Assembly (NCBI GenBank): GCA_040285855.1
Contig: JAUFOQ010000010.1
Span: forward strand, 930,001-994,000
Source: Eukaryota sp. GEM-RC1
Taxonomy: Eukaryota
Reading direction: 5' to 3'
Length of the DNA: 64,000 nt
Below the pieces are notes generated by a model. That model was not told the origin of the DNA. It saw nothing but the letters and a program-made list of their open reading frames with translations, and did not search any database. Shown here one piece after another: positions 38,663-50,216 of this stretch (positions within the stretch are counted from its first letter, which is position 1; every line of letters starts with the position of its first letter). The translations under genes were made by a program, and so were the position numbers.

Positions 38663-40129
38663 ATGTATAGATATGTTGATTCCATTTTGGCCAAGTTGTT
38701 TGGTGGTAGCTCTGTTACGTCCTCCTCCTCCACAAATTCTCCTCCCAATATCTTGCGCTTCCAACAGTCTCTCCTCGTTTTGATCCACCTCCATTTCCTC
38801 AATCATCTGTTAGAACATTCTTCTCATTGGGATCGTGATGATTTTTTCCGTGATGTCCTTAACTTAAAGAAAGATCTTCCCAAATTCTTCAAGAAACTTG
38901 GCTATATGAGCGACCACTTCTTTGAATCTTCTCTACTATCAACGAAGGTGTTCTTTCAAACAAACACGTTCCATGTCCTTCCAAAAGACCTTCCTCAACT
39001 CTTTCCACTTGCTTCTTTCTTTGAAGCAGATCCCAAGTCCATTTTCTTACACGTGGACAAGACCTTTAATGTTGAGGACTGGATTAGTTATTCTCCTATA
39101 ATCTCAGGATTGGAATTGGATTTGAAAAGCCCTAATGACTTGGAGTTTGTCAATAACCCGTTTTTGTTCTTTCCACGTGTTAAAGATCTTCACGTGCGTA
39201 TTCGTCGTTCTATTTCTATGGCATCAATCGAATCATTGAAGGCTAATACTACAGTTGCAAGTATAAGTCTGAGGAACAATTCTATTAGTGAAGAGGGTAT
39301 TGCATCTCTGATAGAGTTGTTAAAAGTTAATACTACAATTCAAAGTATTGATCTGGGTATGAACTCCCTTGGAGCTGAAAGTGCCAGAGCTCTGGCAGAG
39401 TTGTTAAAAGTAAATACTACAATTAAAGGTATTAATCTATGGAAAAACTCTTTTCGAGCTGAAGGTGCTAAAGTGTTGGCACGTTCATTGAAAGTTAATA
39501 ATACACTTACGAGTTGTAATGTGGGTTGTAACAATATTGGAGCTGAAGGTGCTAGAGAATTTGCAAAGACATTCAAGGTTAATAATACAGTTACAAGATT
39601 TAGTTTCTACAACACCTCACTTAGAGTTGAAGGTGTTAGAGCTCTGGCACAGTCGTTAAAAGTTAATACTACAGTTACTACTATTGATCTGGGTGTGAAC
39701 TCACTTGGACCTGAAGGTGCTGAAACTCTGGCCGAAGCGTTGATAGTAAATACTACAATTACAAGTATTGCTCTTGAAACGAATTATATTGGACCTGAAG
39801 GTGCTAGAGCTCTGGCAAAAGCGTTAAAAGTTAATAATAAGGTTACATTTATTAATCTAAAGGGCAACTATATTGGAGTTGACGGTGCTAGTGCTTTAGC
39901 AGAGGCGTTGAAAGTCAATTCCAAAGTTACAACTATTGTGTTGACGGACAACTTTATTAAAGATGAAGGTGCCAGTGCTTTAGCAGAGGCGTTAAAAGTC
40001 AATAGTACAATTACATGTATTAATCTGAAGTTTAATTCAATTGGAGCTGAAGGTGGTAGAGCTTTGGCAGAAACATTAAAAGTTAATACCACAGTTGAAA
40101 TTGAAGGAGTTAATTATCTTGATTTGTGA
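38663..40129 (+). CDS. LRR family protein (10 LRRs) with a retrotransposon-derived N-terminus
   Basis: 488-aa ORF; the first ~16 aa (MYRYVDSILAKLFGGS) match the RLE fragment at 19038 (KYRYLDSILSKLFGGN). Confidence 0.7.
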   Translation: MYRYVDSILAKLFGGSSVTSSSSTNSPPNILRFQQSLLVLIHLHFLNHLLEHSSHWDRDDFFRDVLNLKKDLPKFFKKLGYMSDHFFESSLLSTKVFFQTNTFHVLPKDLPQLFPLASFFEADPKSIFLHVDKTFNVEDWISYSPIISGLELDLKSPNDLEFVNNPFLFFPRVKDLHVRIRRSISMASIESLKANTTVASISLRNNSISEEGIASLIELLKVNTTIQSIDLGMNSLGAESARALAELLKVNTTIKGINLWKNSFRAEGAKVLARSLKVNNTLTSCNVGCNNIGAEGAREFAKTFKVNNTVTRFSFYNTSLRVEGVRALAQSLKVNTTVTTIDLGVNSLGPEGAETLAEALIVNTTITSIALETNYIGPEGARALAKALKVNNKVTFINLKGNYIGVDGASALAEALKVNSKVTTIVLTDNFIKDEGASALAEALKVNSTITCINLKFNSIGAEGGRALAETLKVNTTVEIEGVNYLDL

Positions 40130-40862
40130 TCATGAGTTTCACAGTTTACACTTAATACATTGGATTTACTAGTATGTCTCTAAAGCTATTAATGTACTTC
40201 TTTAGTTAATGAAAGTGTAAAAACAAGTTTATAATACTACTGTTACACTTATTAGAAGAATGACCACCTCAAATAGACGCATTTGTTTTACTGTAACAGA
40301 GAACAGATTGACGGACGGGCTTCGTTGAAAAGAGACGGACCAGAATCAACAAAAATATTCCTTCATGGAATTATTGTATCCAATGTCTTGAATAACATGA
40401 TGAAATTTCGATATTGTTGTCATCTCATCTACTGATTCTTTCATTATCTTGATTTTGCACAACACCATTTACTTGGTGTTGACTGTATACCAAAAGAGGA
40501 CTCCAAAGATTAGAAGTGTTTATGTAAAGAACATTATTTTGAGCCTGTTATAATGTACAAAGGATTCTTGGAATATGGAGCAAATAAATGTTCAATTATA
40601 CCTGGCAAATGCCATGCTTGCAACAGTTCACTGCATCTCAAATCAAACGAGTACTTTAAAAAGCAGTTTTTTTCTAAGATTTCTGCTCAATAGATTTTGA
40701 CAAAGAAGAGTAATACCGTATGATAGACCATGTAGTCTTCCCAGACTCAGCATGTCTACATGACGAAGCCTGTTGATCGCCTTGTTTCTTGAATTATACA
40801 ACGCTCTACTACTACTACAGTAGTAGTAGTAGAAGGAGAAAATCATTTTGTATCTCCTCAAC

Positions 40863-41493
40863 CATAGTTGTGGATACCTATATCCCAATAAAAAAAATAC
40901 CTAATACCTACCAAAATACCAAAATACCGAATACCTCAGCCTGATACCTGAATACCCAGAAAAATGATTGACCACATTATCGAAGCTAATTTATATAACC
41001 TGTTGTACAAACATCTAACTCAACAATATACTGTGCTACAAGCTATGTTCTTCTTCGTCTTGTTTTTCTTCCATTTTGGCATAGTCCATTCCTATGGTTG
41101 ACAACCATTACACCAGATATCCACAAGATGCTTCCTTGATAACCTTGGCTGTGACACGCTTCCACAATGGGTTCTTAGAAGTTTACCCAATGGTGGCAAA
41201 AGAAGTGTCCTTTTTTGGGAAAAGAAGATTAATAGAGAAGGTTGGCAAAAATTCAACAAACAGTTTTAATCTGGTGTTGACTTAGAACACATACACTGTA
41301 TCCATTTGTTCAAAAATAGAGAACTTGATTATCCAAATGAATGTAAACAAAATTAATACTATTTAAATGTAGCATTAGAAGGGTACTTTTGGTAGTGACA
41401 GGTATCTCCAATATGAGACATGAAAATACCTAATACCTACCTCAATACCTAATACCTACCGAAATACCTCGAATTTAGGTATCCACAACTATG
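40863..41493. mobile_element. 631-bp non-autonomous hAT-type element
   Basis: Perfect 18-bp TIR CATAGTTGTGGATACCTA, perfect TSD TCCTCAAC; the empty site is present in the duplicate at 47449-47456. Confidence 0.95.
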
Positions 41494-41505
41494 TCCTCAA
41501 CTAAA

Positions 41506-42885
41506 ATGTCTCAACATGAACTTCCGCAAAACAGTAGCCGCTCTTTAGATGATACCCTTTCAGTATCTGACGTTGTAGGGTGTCATGCCACTTCCTCTTC
41601 TGTTATCTCCTCTTCGAATCCTAGCTCTGATTCACCGTCCTCCGCCCGCTTCTCCTATGCTCATCCTCCCAATATCTTGAATGTCCAACAATCTCTACTT
41701 GTTTTGATCCATCTTCACTTTCTTGGTGAGCGGTTGAAGTCTTCTCTCAAATGGGTACAACATTCACTTCGTCGTCCTCTACATTGTTTCATGAACGACT
41801 TGCTCAAATACTTTCAAAAAGTTGGCTACGTGAGCCCCCGTTTCTTTGAATCTGTTCATTTAGCAACCAATGTGTTTTTCCAAAGAAACACGTTTCATGT
41901 TAACCCTAAAGAACTTCCTCAACTCTCTTCGTCTGCTTCTTTCTTTGGAGCAGAACCAAAGTCCATTTTCCTGTACATCGAATGGACCTTTAAAGCTGAA
42001 GAATTTCTAAATTATTCACCTTCAATTTCAGGATTGGAATTGATGTTACGACATCATAATGACTTGGAGTTTCTTAACAAGTCTTCCTTGTACTTTCCCC
42101 GTCTTAAGCAGCTTCATGTGTGTGTTCATGGTTCTATTTATGTGGCATTTATTGAATTGTTAAAGGATAATGCTACACTTACGAGTATTGACCTGAACTC
42201 CAACTGTCTTAAAGATGAAGGTGCTAGAGCTTTAGCAGAGGCTTTGAAAGTTAACACTTCAGTTACAAGTATTAATCTGAGGGGTAACTATATTGGTGAT
42301 GAAGGTGCTAAAGCATTGGCAGAGCTGTTGAAAGTAAATACTTCAGTCACAAGTATTAATCTGTATGAAAATTGCATTGAATTTGAAGGTGCTAGAGCTT
42401 TGGCAGAGGCGTTAAAAATTAATAATACAGTCACAAGTATTAATCTGTGGATGAACTATATTAAAACTACAGGTGCTAGAGCTTTGGCAGAGGCGTTAAA
42501 AATTAATAATACAGTCACAAGTATTAATCTGTGTGAAAACTGTATCGGAGCCGAAGGTGCTAAAGCTCTGGCAGATGCCTTGAAAGTTAATTCCACATTT
42601 AGAAGTATTGATCTTGGTAAGAACTCAATTGGACCTGAAGGTGCTAGAGCTTTGGCAGATGCCTTGAAAGTTAATACGTCAGTTAAAAGTATTGATCTGC
42701 AATGGAATTGTATTGGGGATGTAGGTGCTAGAGCTTTGGCAGATGCTTTAAAATTTAATGATACTGTTACTAATGTTGACCTGTTTGCAAACTCTATTGG
42801 AGATGACGCTGTTAGAGCGTTGGCAGAGGTGTTGAAAGCTAATGAGAAAATTAAAATTAGTGGTGTAAGTCAACTTAATCTTTAG
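41506..42885 (+). CDS. Ser-leader LRR family protein (8 LRRs)
   Basis: Intact ORF; native ATG at 41506, with an additional in-frame ATG at 41491 supplied by the TIR. Confidence 0.85.
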   Translation: MSQHELPQNSSRSLDDTLSVSDVVGCHATSSSVISSSNPSSDSPSSARFSYAHPPNILNVQQSLLVLIHLHFLGERLKSSLKWVQHSLRRPLHCFMNDLLKYFQKVGYVSPRFFESVHLATNVFFQRNTFHVNPKELPQLSSSASFFGAEPKSIFLYIEWTFKAEEFLNYSPSISGLELMLRHHNDLEFLNKSSLYFPRLKQLHVCVHGSIYVAFIELLKDNATLTSIDLNSNCLKDEGARALAEALKVNTSVTSINLRGNYIGDEGAKALAELLKVNTSVTSINLYENCIEFEGARALAEALKINNTVTSINLWMNYIKTTGARALAEALKINNTVTSINLCENCIGAEGAKALADALKVNSTFRSIDLGKNSIGPEGARALADALKVNTSVKSIDLQWNCIGDVGARALADALKFNDTVTNVDLFANSIGDDAVRALAEVLKANEKIKISGVSQLNL

Positions 42886-43995
42886 AACTTGACAATAAAT
42901 TAAGAAATTAAATAACACCAACATTGTTTTAATCTTGTTGAGACTAATTATGTACTAAAAATCTATGCTTCAAGTACTCTTTGAACGAGTTTTGTATAAT
43001 ATACATTTTGTTTAATTAATTGAACGACAATGTGATCATGTTGATACAGTCACAACATTTAAAGGGTGGTCTATTACTAGTTTTCAATAGTCCCTTTGCG
43101 AATCATAAGCACTATTGGTAGATTCTTCGAACTCAAACCATTAAAATAGAGACTTGATAGGGTGTATCAGACAGTTATTACTTACTTTTATCAGTGTCTT
43201 TTAGGGACTGTCAAATGTATATTGCAACAATACAATAATTCAATACATTCGGTTTTGAACAACATTCTTTTCTCAAGTTTTTCCTTCCAATCAGTATGAA
43301 AATTCAACAGTGTATGCGCTGTTTGTAAGTACAGTGTATTTTCTAAGAATTACAAAATGATGATTGAATGATTATTGAATAAAAAAATGAAATACAAAAG
43401 ATGATATAACATATTTTATTAAAGGTCACATGTCAGGTCAATTCATTTCATTTGAAGACCTTGACCTGAACTTTGACCTGAATTCAACAATTTGATTAAT
43501 TCTTTAACTAACGAAAATCCGTAAAAACTCAGTCAAATCTATTACTTTTTTGGATGTTTGTGCATACTATTAGTAAATTGTGTATGTTATCTAATTTTGA
43601 TCATTTAAAACAAGAAACTCACACATAAACTTTCGAATGTTGAACCTTGAGCTGACCTGACCTTTTAACAGTATTAAACTGAAAGACAGTATAATTATAC
43701 ATGTAGTTATAAGTTCATTTCATAGTATCCGATTTAAAGATCGTCTGTCGAATTATCTGAATTGAAGACGCATGTTGCTAATTTGATGGTTACGTTAATA
43801 TTAGATGGGCTTCAATAATACCTACAGTAATGTTGTTACAGTCTAACCTCTGAATAGAACCACCCCAACTACTGTCACCCCTATGTCCATGACGTGGCAA
43901 AACCCAGCTATTATAACAAGTAAAATGTCAACATAAAGTCAATCAGATGAAGAGAATCATTTGAACCTAGACTCTCCCCACCACCAAAACTAAAC

Positions 43996-45197
43996 ATGTC
44001 TCGATCTGATCTTCCCTTGAAGAGTAGTCCTTCTTTGAATGATAGTATCTCAGTTACTGACTTTGTTGAATGTGATGGTTCCTCTTCTGGTGTCTCCTCT
44101 TCGAATCTTAGTTCTGATACCTCGTCCGCTCCGTACTCTCCCACCCATTCTCCTTCCAATCACTTACACTTCCAGCAATCCATTCTCACTTTGATACATC
44201 TGCATTATCTGAGTCGTTTGTTAGAGTCATCTCTGGAATGGAACTGTCATGAGTCGTGTTCTTCTTAACTTGGAGAAAGATTTGTTTACCTTTTTCAAGA
44301 AAGTTGGCTATGTAAGCCATCATTTCTTTAAATCCGCTCTACTTGCAACCAAGATTTATCTCCAATCAAACACGTGTCATGTCATTCCTTATGACCTTCC
44401 CTCAACTCTGTTCATTTGCTTCTTTCTTTGGAGCAGAGATACATTCTGTTTTCTTACACGTATACGGGACCTTTACTGTTGAAGAATTTCTCAAGTATTA
44501 TCATATAGATTCAGGATTGGAATTGAATTTACAACATCATAATGACTTGGAGGTTCTTAACAAATATTCATTGTTATTTCCACGTCTTAAGGAACTTTAT
44601 GTTGATGTTCATCATGATCCCTCTATTTCAATGGCGTTCATCGAATTATTGAAAGAAAATACTACTGTTACAAGAATTAATCTGAGAGGCAATTCCTTTG
44701 GTGGTCAAGATGCTAGTGCTTTGGCAGATGTGTTAACAGCTAATACTACAGTTACAAGTGTTGATTTGAGTAGCAATGCTATTGGAAAGGAAGGTGTTAT
44801 AGCTTTGGCAGAGGCGCTGAAAGTCAATACTGCGATTACAAGTATTGATCTTGGTGACAACTTCATTGGAGCCGTCGGTGCTGAAGCGTTGGGAGATGCG
44901 TTAAAACATAATCATGTAGTTACAAGTATTAATCTAAGGTGGAACTCCGTTAGAGCTCATGGTGTTAGAGCATTAGCAGAGGCGTTAATAGTTAATGACT
45001 CAATTACAAGTATTAATCTCGAGAACAACTCTATTGGAGATGAAGGTGCTAGTGCTTTGGCAGAGGCGTTAAAAATTAATACTGTAGTTACAGATCTTAA
45101 TCTAAAGTACAACTCCGTTGGAAGTGAAGGTGATGGTACTCTGACAGAATCTTTAAAAGTTAACAGTCAACTCAAAATAGTGGGTGTTCGCTTTTAA
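43996..45197 (+). pseudogene. Ser-leader LRR family gene (6 LRRs) with two frameshifts
   Basis: Three consecutive ORFs (43996, 44249, 44343) in successive frames rebuild the family protein. Confidence 0.8.
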
Positions 45198-45610
45198 CAC
45201 TTTTAGTTTCTGAACTTTCCAAAGTAATACCACAATCTTTTTGATGTTTTGTGAATGATACTGATACTTTATCGATAAATGAGATTTGTTGTGTAGTCAT
45301 AAAGACCTTTGCTTTTTTGTAATGTCGAACAAACAACAGGCCCCTTGAGAATACGGTGAAAATGGTTCATGATTGAAAATTTTCAAACTGTTCCAAAGTT
45401 ATAAGGACGTTTAAATTGTTCTAACTATAGGATTAAGAGTGAAAATTCTATCTCATATTAAAAAATGACATTTAGTTCCAATTTGACAATGCCGTCTATA
45501 ACTGTTTATTCATCATTGAAGATTCTTCTCACTGGGATCGTGATGATCCTTGTCGTGCTGTCCTTAACTTAAAGAAAGATCTTCCCAAATTCTTCAAGAA
45601 ACTTGGCTAT

Positions 45611-46750
45611 ATGAGCGACCACTTCTTTGAGTCCTCTCTACTAGCAACGAAGGTGTTTTTCCAAACAAAAACGTTCCACGTTCTTCCAAAAGACCTGCCT
45701 CAACTCTCTTCACTTGCTTCTTTCTTTGAAGCAGATCCCAAGTCCATTTTTTTACACGTGGACAAGACCTTTAATGTTGAGGACTGGATTAGTTATTCTC
45801 CTATAATCTCAGGATTAGAATTGGATTTGAAAAGCCCTAATGACTTGGAGTTTGTCAATAACCCGTTTTTGTTCTTTCCACGTGTTAAAGAACTTCACTT
45901 GCGTATTCGTCGTTCTATTTCTATGGCATCCATCGAATCATTGAAGGCCAATACTACAGTTACAAGTATTAGTCTGAGGAACAACTCTATTAATGAAGAG
46001 GGCATTGCAGCTCTAGCAGAGTTGTTAAAAGTAAATACTACAATTAAAGGTATTAATCTATGGAAAAACTCTTTTCGAGCTGAAGGTGCTAAAGTGTTGG
46101 CACGTTCATTGAAAGTTAATAATACACTTACGAGTTGTAATGTGGGTTGTAACAATATTGGAGCTGAAGGTGCTAGAGAATTTGCAAAGACATTGAAGGT
46201 TAATAAGTCAGTTACAAGATTTAGTTTCTACAACACCTCACTCGGAGCTGAAGGTGTTAGAGCTCTTGCACAGTCCTTAAAAGTAAATACTACAATTACT
46301 ACTATTGATCTGGGAGTGAACTCGCTTGGACCTGAAGGTGCTGAAACTCTGGCAGAGGCGTTGATAGTAAATACTACAATTACAAGTATTGCTCTTGAAA
46401 CGAATTATATTGGACCTGAAGGTGCTGGAGCTCTGGCAAAAGCGTTAAAAGTTAATAATAAGGTTACATTTATTAATCTAAAGGGCAACTATATTGGAGT
46501 TGACGGTGCCAGTGCTTTAGCGGAGGCGTTGAAAGTTAATTCCAAAGTTACAACTATTGTGTTGACGGACAACTTTATTAAAGATGAAGGTGCCAGTGCT
46601 TTAGCAGAGGCGTTGAAAGTCAATAGTACAATTACATGTATTAATCTGAAGTTCAATTCAATTGGAGCTGAAGGTGGTAGAGCTTTGGCAGAAACATTAA
46701 AAGTTAATACCACGGTTGAAATTGAAGGAGTTAATTATCTTGATTTGTGA
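45611..46750 (+). CDS. 5'-truncated LRR family copy (9 LRRs); possibly a pseudogene
   Basis: Duplicate of the 38663 gene; the duplication begins mid-domain, and the first ATG is internal. Confidence 0.6.
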   Translation: MSDHFFESSLLATKVFFQTKTFHVLPKDLPQLSSLASFFEADPKSIFLHVDKTFNVEDWISYSPIISGLELDLKSPNDLEFVNNPFLFFPRVKELHLRIRRSISMASIESLKANTTVTSISLRNNSINEEGIAALAELLKVNTTIKGINLWKNSFRAEGAKVLARSLKVNNTLTSCNVGCNNIGAEGAREFAKTLKVNKSVTRFSFYNTSLGAEGVRALAQSLKVNTTITTIDLGVNSLGPEGAETLAEALIVNTTITSIALETNYIGPEGAGALAKALKVNNKVTFINLKGNYIGVDGASALAEALKVNSKVTTIVLTDNFIKDEGASALAEALKVNSTITCINLKFNSIGAEGGRALAETLKVNTTVEIEGVNYLDL

Positions 46751-47460
46751 TCATGAGTTTCATAGTTTACACTTAATAAATTGGATTTACTAGTATGTCT
46801 CTAATGCTTTTAATGTACTTCTTTAGTCAATGAAAGTGTAAAAACAAGTTTATAATACTACTGTTACACTTATTAGAAGAATGACCACCTCAAATAGACG
46901 CATTCCTTTTACTGTAACAGAGAACAGATTTACGGACGGGCTTCGTTGAAAAAAGACGAACCAGAATCAACAAAAATATTCCTTCATGGAATTATTGAAT
47001 CCAAGGTCTTTGAATAACATGATTAAATTTCGATGCGATGTTGTTGTCATCTCATCTACTGATTCTTTCATTATCTTGATTTTGCACAACACCATTTACT
47101 TGGTGTTGACTGTATATCAAAAGAGGACTCCAAAGATTAGAAGTGTTTATGTAGAGAACTTTATTTTGAGCCTATTATAATGTACAAATGATTCTTGGAA
47201 TATGGAGCAAATAAATGTTCAATTATACCTGGCAAATGTCATGCTTGCAACAGTTCACTGCATCTCAAATCAAAAGAGTACTTTAAAAAGCAGTTTTTTT
47301 CCAAGATTTCTGTCCAATAGTTTTGGCAAAGAAGAGTAATACCGTATGATAGACCATGTAGTCTTCCCAGACCCAGCAAGTCTACATGACGAAGCCTCTT
47401 GATCGCCTTGTTTCTACTACTTGTAGTAGGTGAAAATCATTTTGTATCTCCTCAACTAAA

Positions 47461-48840
47461 ATGTCTCAATATGAACTTCCGCAAAACAGTAGCCGCTCTT
47501 TAGATGATACCCTTTCAGTATCTGACGTTGTAGGGTGTCATGCCACTTCCTCTTCTGATATCTCATCTTCGAATCCTAGCTCTGATTCACCGTCCTCCGC
47601 ACGCTTCTCTTATGATCATCCTCCCAATAACTTGAATGTCCAACAATCTCTACTTGTTTTGATCCATCTTCACTTTCTTGGTGAGCGGTTGAAGTCTTCT
47701 CTCAAATGGATACATCATTCACTTCGTCGTCCTCTACATTGTTTCATGGAAGATTTGCTCAAATACTTTCAAAAAGTTGGCTACGTGAGCCCCCGTTTCT
47801 TTGAATCTGTTCATTTAGCAACCAAGGTGTTTTTCCAGAGAAACACGTTTCATGTTAACCCTAAAGATCTTCCTCAACTCTCTTCGGCTGCTTCTTTCTT
47901 TGGAGCAGAGCCAAAATCCATTTTCCTGCACATACAATGGACCTTTAAAGCTGGAGAATTTCTAAATTATTCACCTTCAATTTCAGGATTGGAATTACAT
48001 TTACGGTATCATAATGACTTGGAGTTTCTTAACAAGTCTTCCTTGTACTTTCCCCGTCTTAAGCAGCTTCATGTGTGTGTTCATGGTTCTATTTATGTGG
48101 CATTTATTGAATTGTTAAAGGATAATGCTACACTTACGAGTATTGACCTGAACTCCAACTGTCCTAAAGATGAAGGTGCTAGAGCTTTAGCAGAGGCTTT
48201 GAAAGTTAACACTTCAGTTACAAGTATTAATCTGAGGGGTAACTATATTGGTGATGAAGGTGCTAAAGCATTGGCAGAGCTGTTGAAAGTAAATACTTCA
48301 GTCACAAGTATTAATCTGTATGAAAATTGCATTGAATTTGAAGGTGCTAGAGCTTTGGCAGATGCGTTAAAAATTAATAATACAGTCACAAGTATTAATC
48401 TGTGGATGAACTATATTAAAACTACAGGTGCTAGAGCTTTGGCAGAGGCGTTAAAAATTAATAATACAGTCACAAGTATTAATCTGTGTGAAAACTGTAT
48501 CGGAGCCGAAGGTGCTAAAGCTCTGGCAGATGCCTTGAAAGTTAATTCCACATTTAGAAGTATTGATCTTGGTAAGAACTCAATTGGACCTGAAGGTGCT
48601 AGAGCTTTGGCAGATGCCTTGAAAGTTAATACGTCAGTTAAAAGTATTGATCTGCAATGGAATTGTATTGGGGATGTAGGTGCTAGAGCTTTGGCAGATG
48701 CTTTAAAATTTAATGATACTGTTACTAATGTTGACCTGTTTGCAAACTCTATTGGAGATGACGCTGTTAGAGCGTTGGCAGAGGTGTTGAAAGCTAATGA
48801 GAAAATTAAAATTAGTGGTGTAAGTCAACTTAATCTTTAG
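47461..48840 (+). CDS. Ser-leader LRR family protein (8 LRRs)
   Basis: Intact 459-aa ORF, duplicate of the 41506 gene. Confidence 0.88.
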   Translation: MSQYELPQNSSRSLDDTLSVSDVVGCHATSSSDISSSNPSSDSPSSARFSYDHPPNNLNVQQSLLVLIHLHFLGERLKSSLKWIHHSLRRPLHCFMEDLLKYFQKVGYVSPRFFESVHLATKVFFQRNTFHVNPKDLPQLSSAASFFGAEPKSIFLHIQWTFKAGEFLNYSPSISGLELHLRYHNDLEFLNKSSLYFPRLKQLHVCVHGSIYVAFIELLKDNATLTSIDLNSNCPKDEGARALAEALKVNTSVTSINLRGNYIGDEGAKALAELLKVNTSVTSINLYENCIEFEGARALADALKINNTVTSINLWMNYIKTTGARALAEALKINNTVTSINLCENCIGAEGAKALADALKVNSTFRSIDLGKNSIGPEGARALADALKVNTSVKSIDLQWNCIGDVGARALADALKFNDTVTNVDLFANSIGDDAVRALAEVLKANEKIKISGVSQLNL

Positions 48841-50101
48841 AACTTGACAATAAATTAAGAAATTAAATAACACCAACATTGTTTTAATCTTGTTGAGACT
48901 AATTATGTACTAAAAATCTATGCTTCAAGTACTCTTTGAACGAGTTTTGTATAATATACATTTTGTTTAATTAATTGAACGACAATGTGATCATGTTGAT
49001 ACAGTCACAACATTTAAAGGGTGGTCTATTACTAGTTTTCAATAGTCCCTTTGCGAATCATAAGCACTATTGACATGTTCTTCGAACTCAAAACATTAAA
49101 ATATCGATCTGATTGGATGTATCAGACAGGGATTAGTTACTTTTATCAATGTCTTTTAGGGACTCTCAAATGTATATAGCAACAATGCAATAATTCAATA
49201 CATTCGGTTTTGAACAACATTCTTTTCTCAAGTATTTCCTTCCAATCAGTATGAACTGCTACTGTGATATAATGCGTTCACCTTATACGGCTTCAATGGA
49301 TTGCAGATTTCACTCATCATATGCCACATATTTTACTGTAGTGTTGTTGTCAATAAATCTTGTCAATGGAAAAAATATGCCACATATTATCATATATTGA
49401 ATTTATTTTATTTAATAATATTCCAAAATATTCAGACAACCCAAGTGAATACAATAACATGCTAAAACTTGGAATAAACATTAAACAAAGTCAATTGAAT
49501 GTTGAGAGATAGTTATAGTTTGGAGTGATCTAGATTTTGGAACAGATAGTACTTCACAATATTCAAAAGATCTTCAAACTCTATAAAATCATTACTCAAA
49601 ATGACGTTTTACAAGTCCACTGCTACCTGAATTGGACTAATAACACCCTGGAAATCCTTACAAGACAATATAAAGCCACAAAAGTCACCAAAAGTCAAAG
49701 ATCTGTTTAACCTGATTAATTCACATAAATCAATGACTGACTTATTGGAGAAACAACAAATATTCAAAGTTAGTCTCTTGATTGTGAAACATTGAGACAA
49801 GGACTTTGGTTGTGACATTGCTTCATGTAGATATATTCCAAAACTTGGGTGACAAACAAATCACACATCATATTTACCTTGTGTGATATAACCCAAGGTA
49901 AATCTAGAAGGAGCGAATCAAAAGATTGTAACCGACCCAGGCTTGGTGAAGAAGCGCTTCATAGAAACAAATGTGTTGATATTAAAAATATGATGTATTA
50001 GAGATTTAAAGGTACCTCAAACTTTGATTCAGACACAGGGGTGATACTAATACATCATCGTAGTCACATTGTGGAAGTACATTATAAGTGTTTGGAGAAA
50101 G

Positions 50102-50216
50102 AAGGAGATGGTTAAGAGCATCAGACTGTATGAGAAACAACATAGAGTTATTAAAGGAGATGGTTAAGAGCATCAGACTGTATGAGAAACAACATAGAGT
50201 TATTAAAGGAGATGGT
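50102..50216 (+). repeat. 52-bp tandem duplication
   Basis: AAGGAGATGGTTAAGAGCATCAGACTGTATGAGAAACAACATAGAGTTATTA occurs twice, plus a partial third copy. Confidence 0.9.

Larger units (their letters stand above)
38817..43300 (+). repeat. Segmental duplication, copy 1 (two LRR genes plus flanks)
   Basis: Colinear with 45522-49255, including intergenic DNA. Confidence 0.95.
45522..49255 (+). repeat. Segmental duplication, copy 2
   Basis: Colinear with 38817-43300; lacks the 631-bp element and one 84-bp LRR. Confidence 0.95.

Noticed and set aside
43410..43675. Possible TIR element with GGTCA/TGACC repeats (similar motif at ~14816-14886)
   Set aside because: The left end is too degenerate and no TSD was found, so boundaries cannot be supported.
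13228..48840. Calling the LRR genes NLRC3/NOD-like receptors
   Set aside because: The LRR type is similar, but there is no NACHT/NB-ARC Walker A motif.
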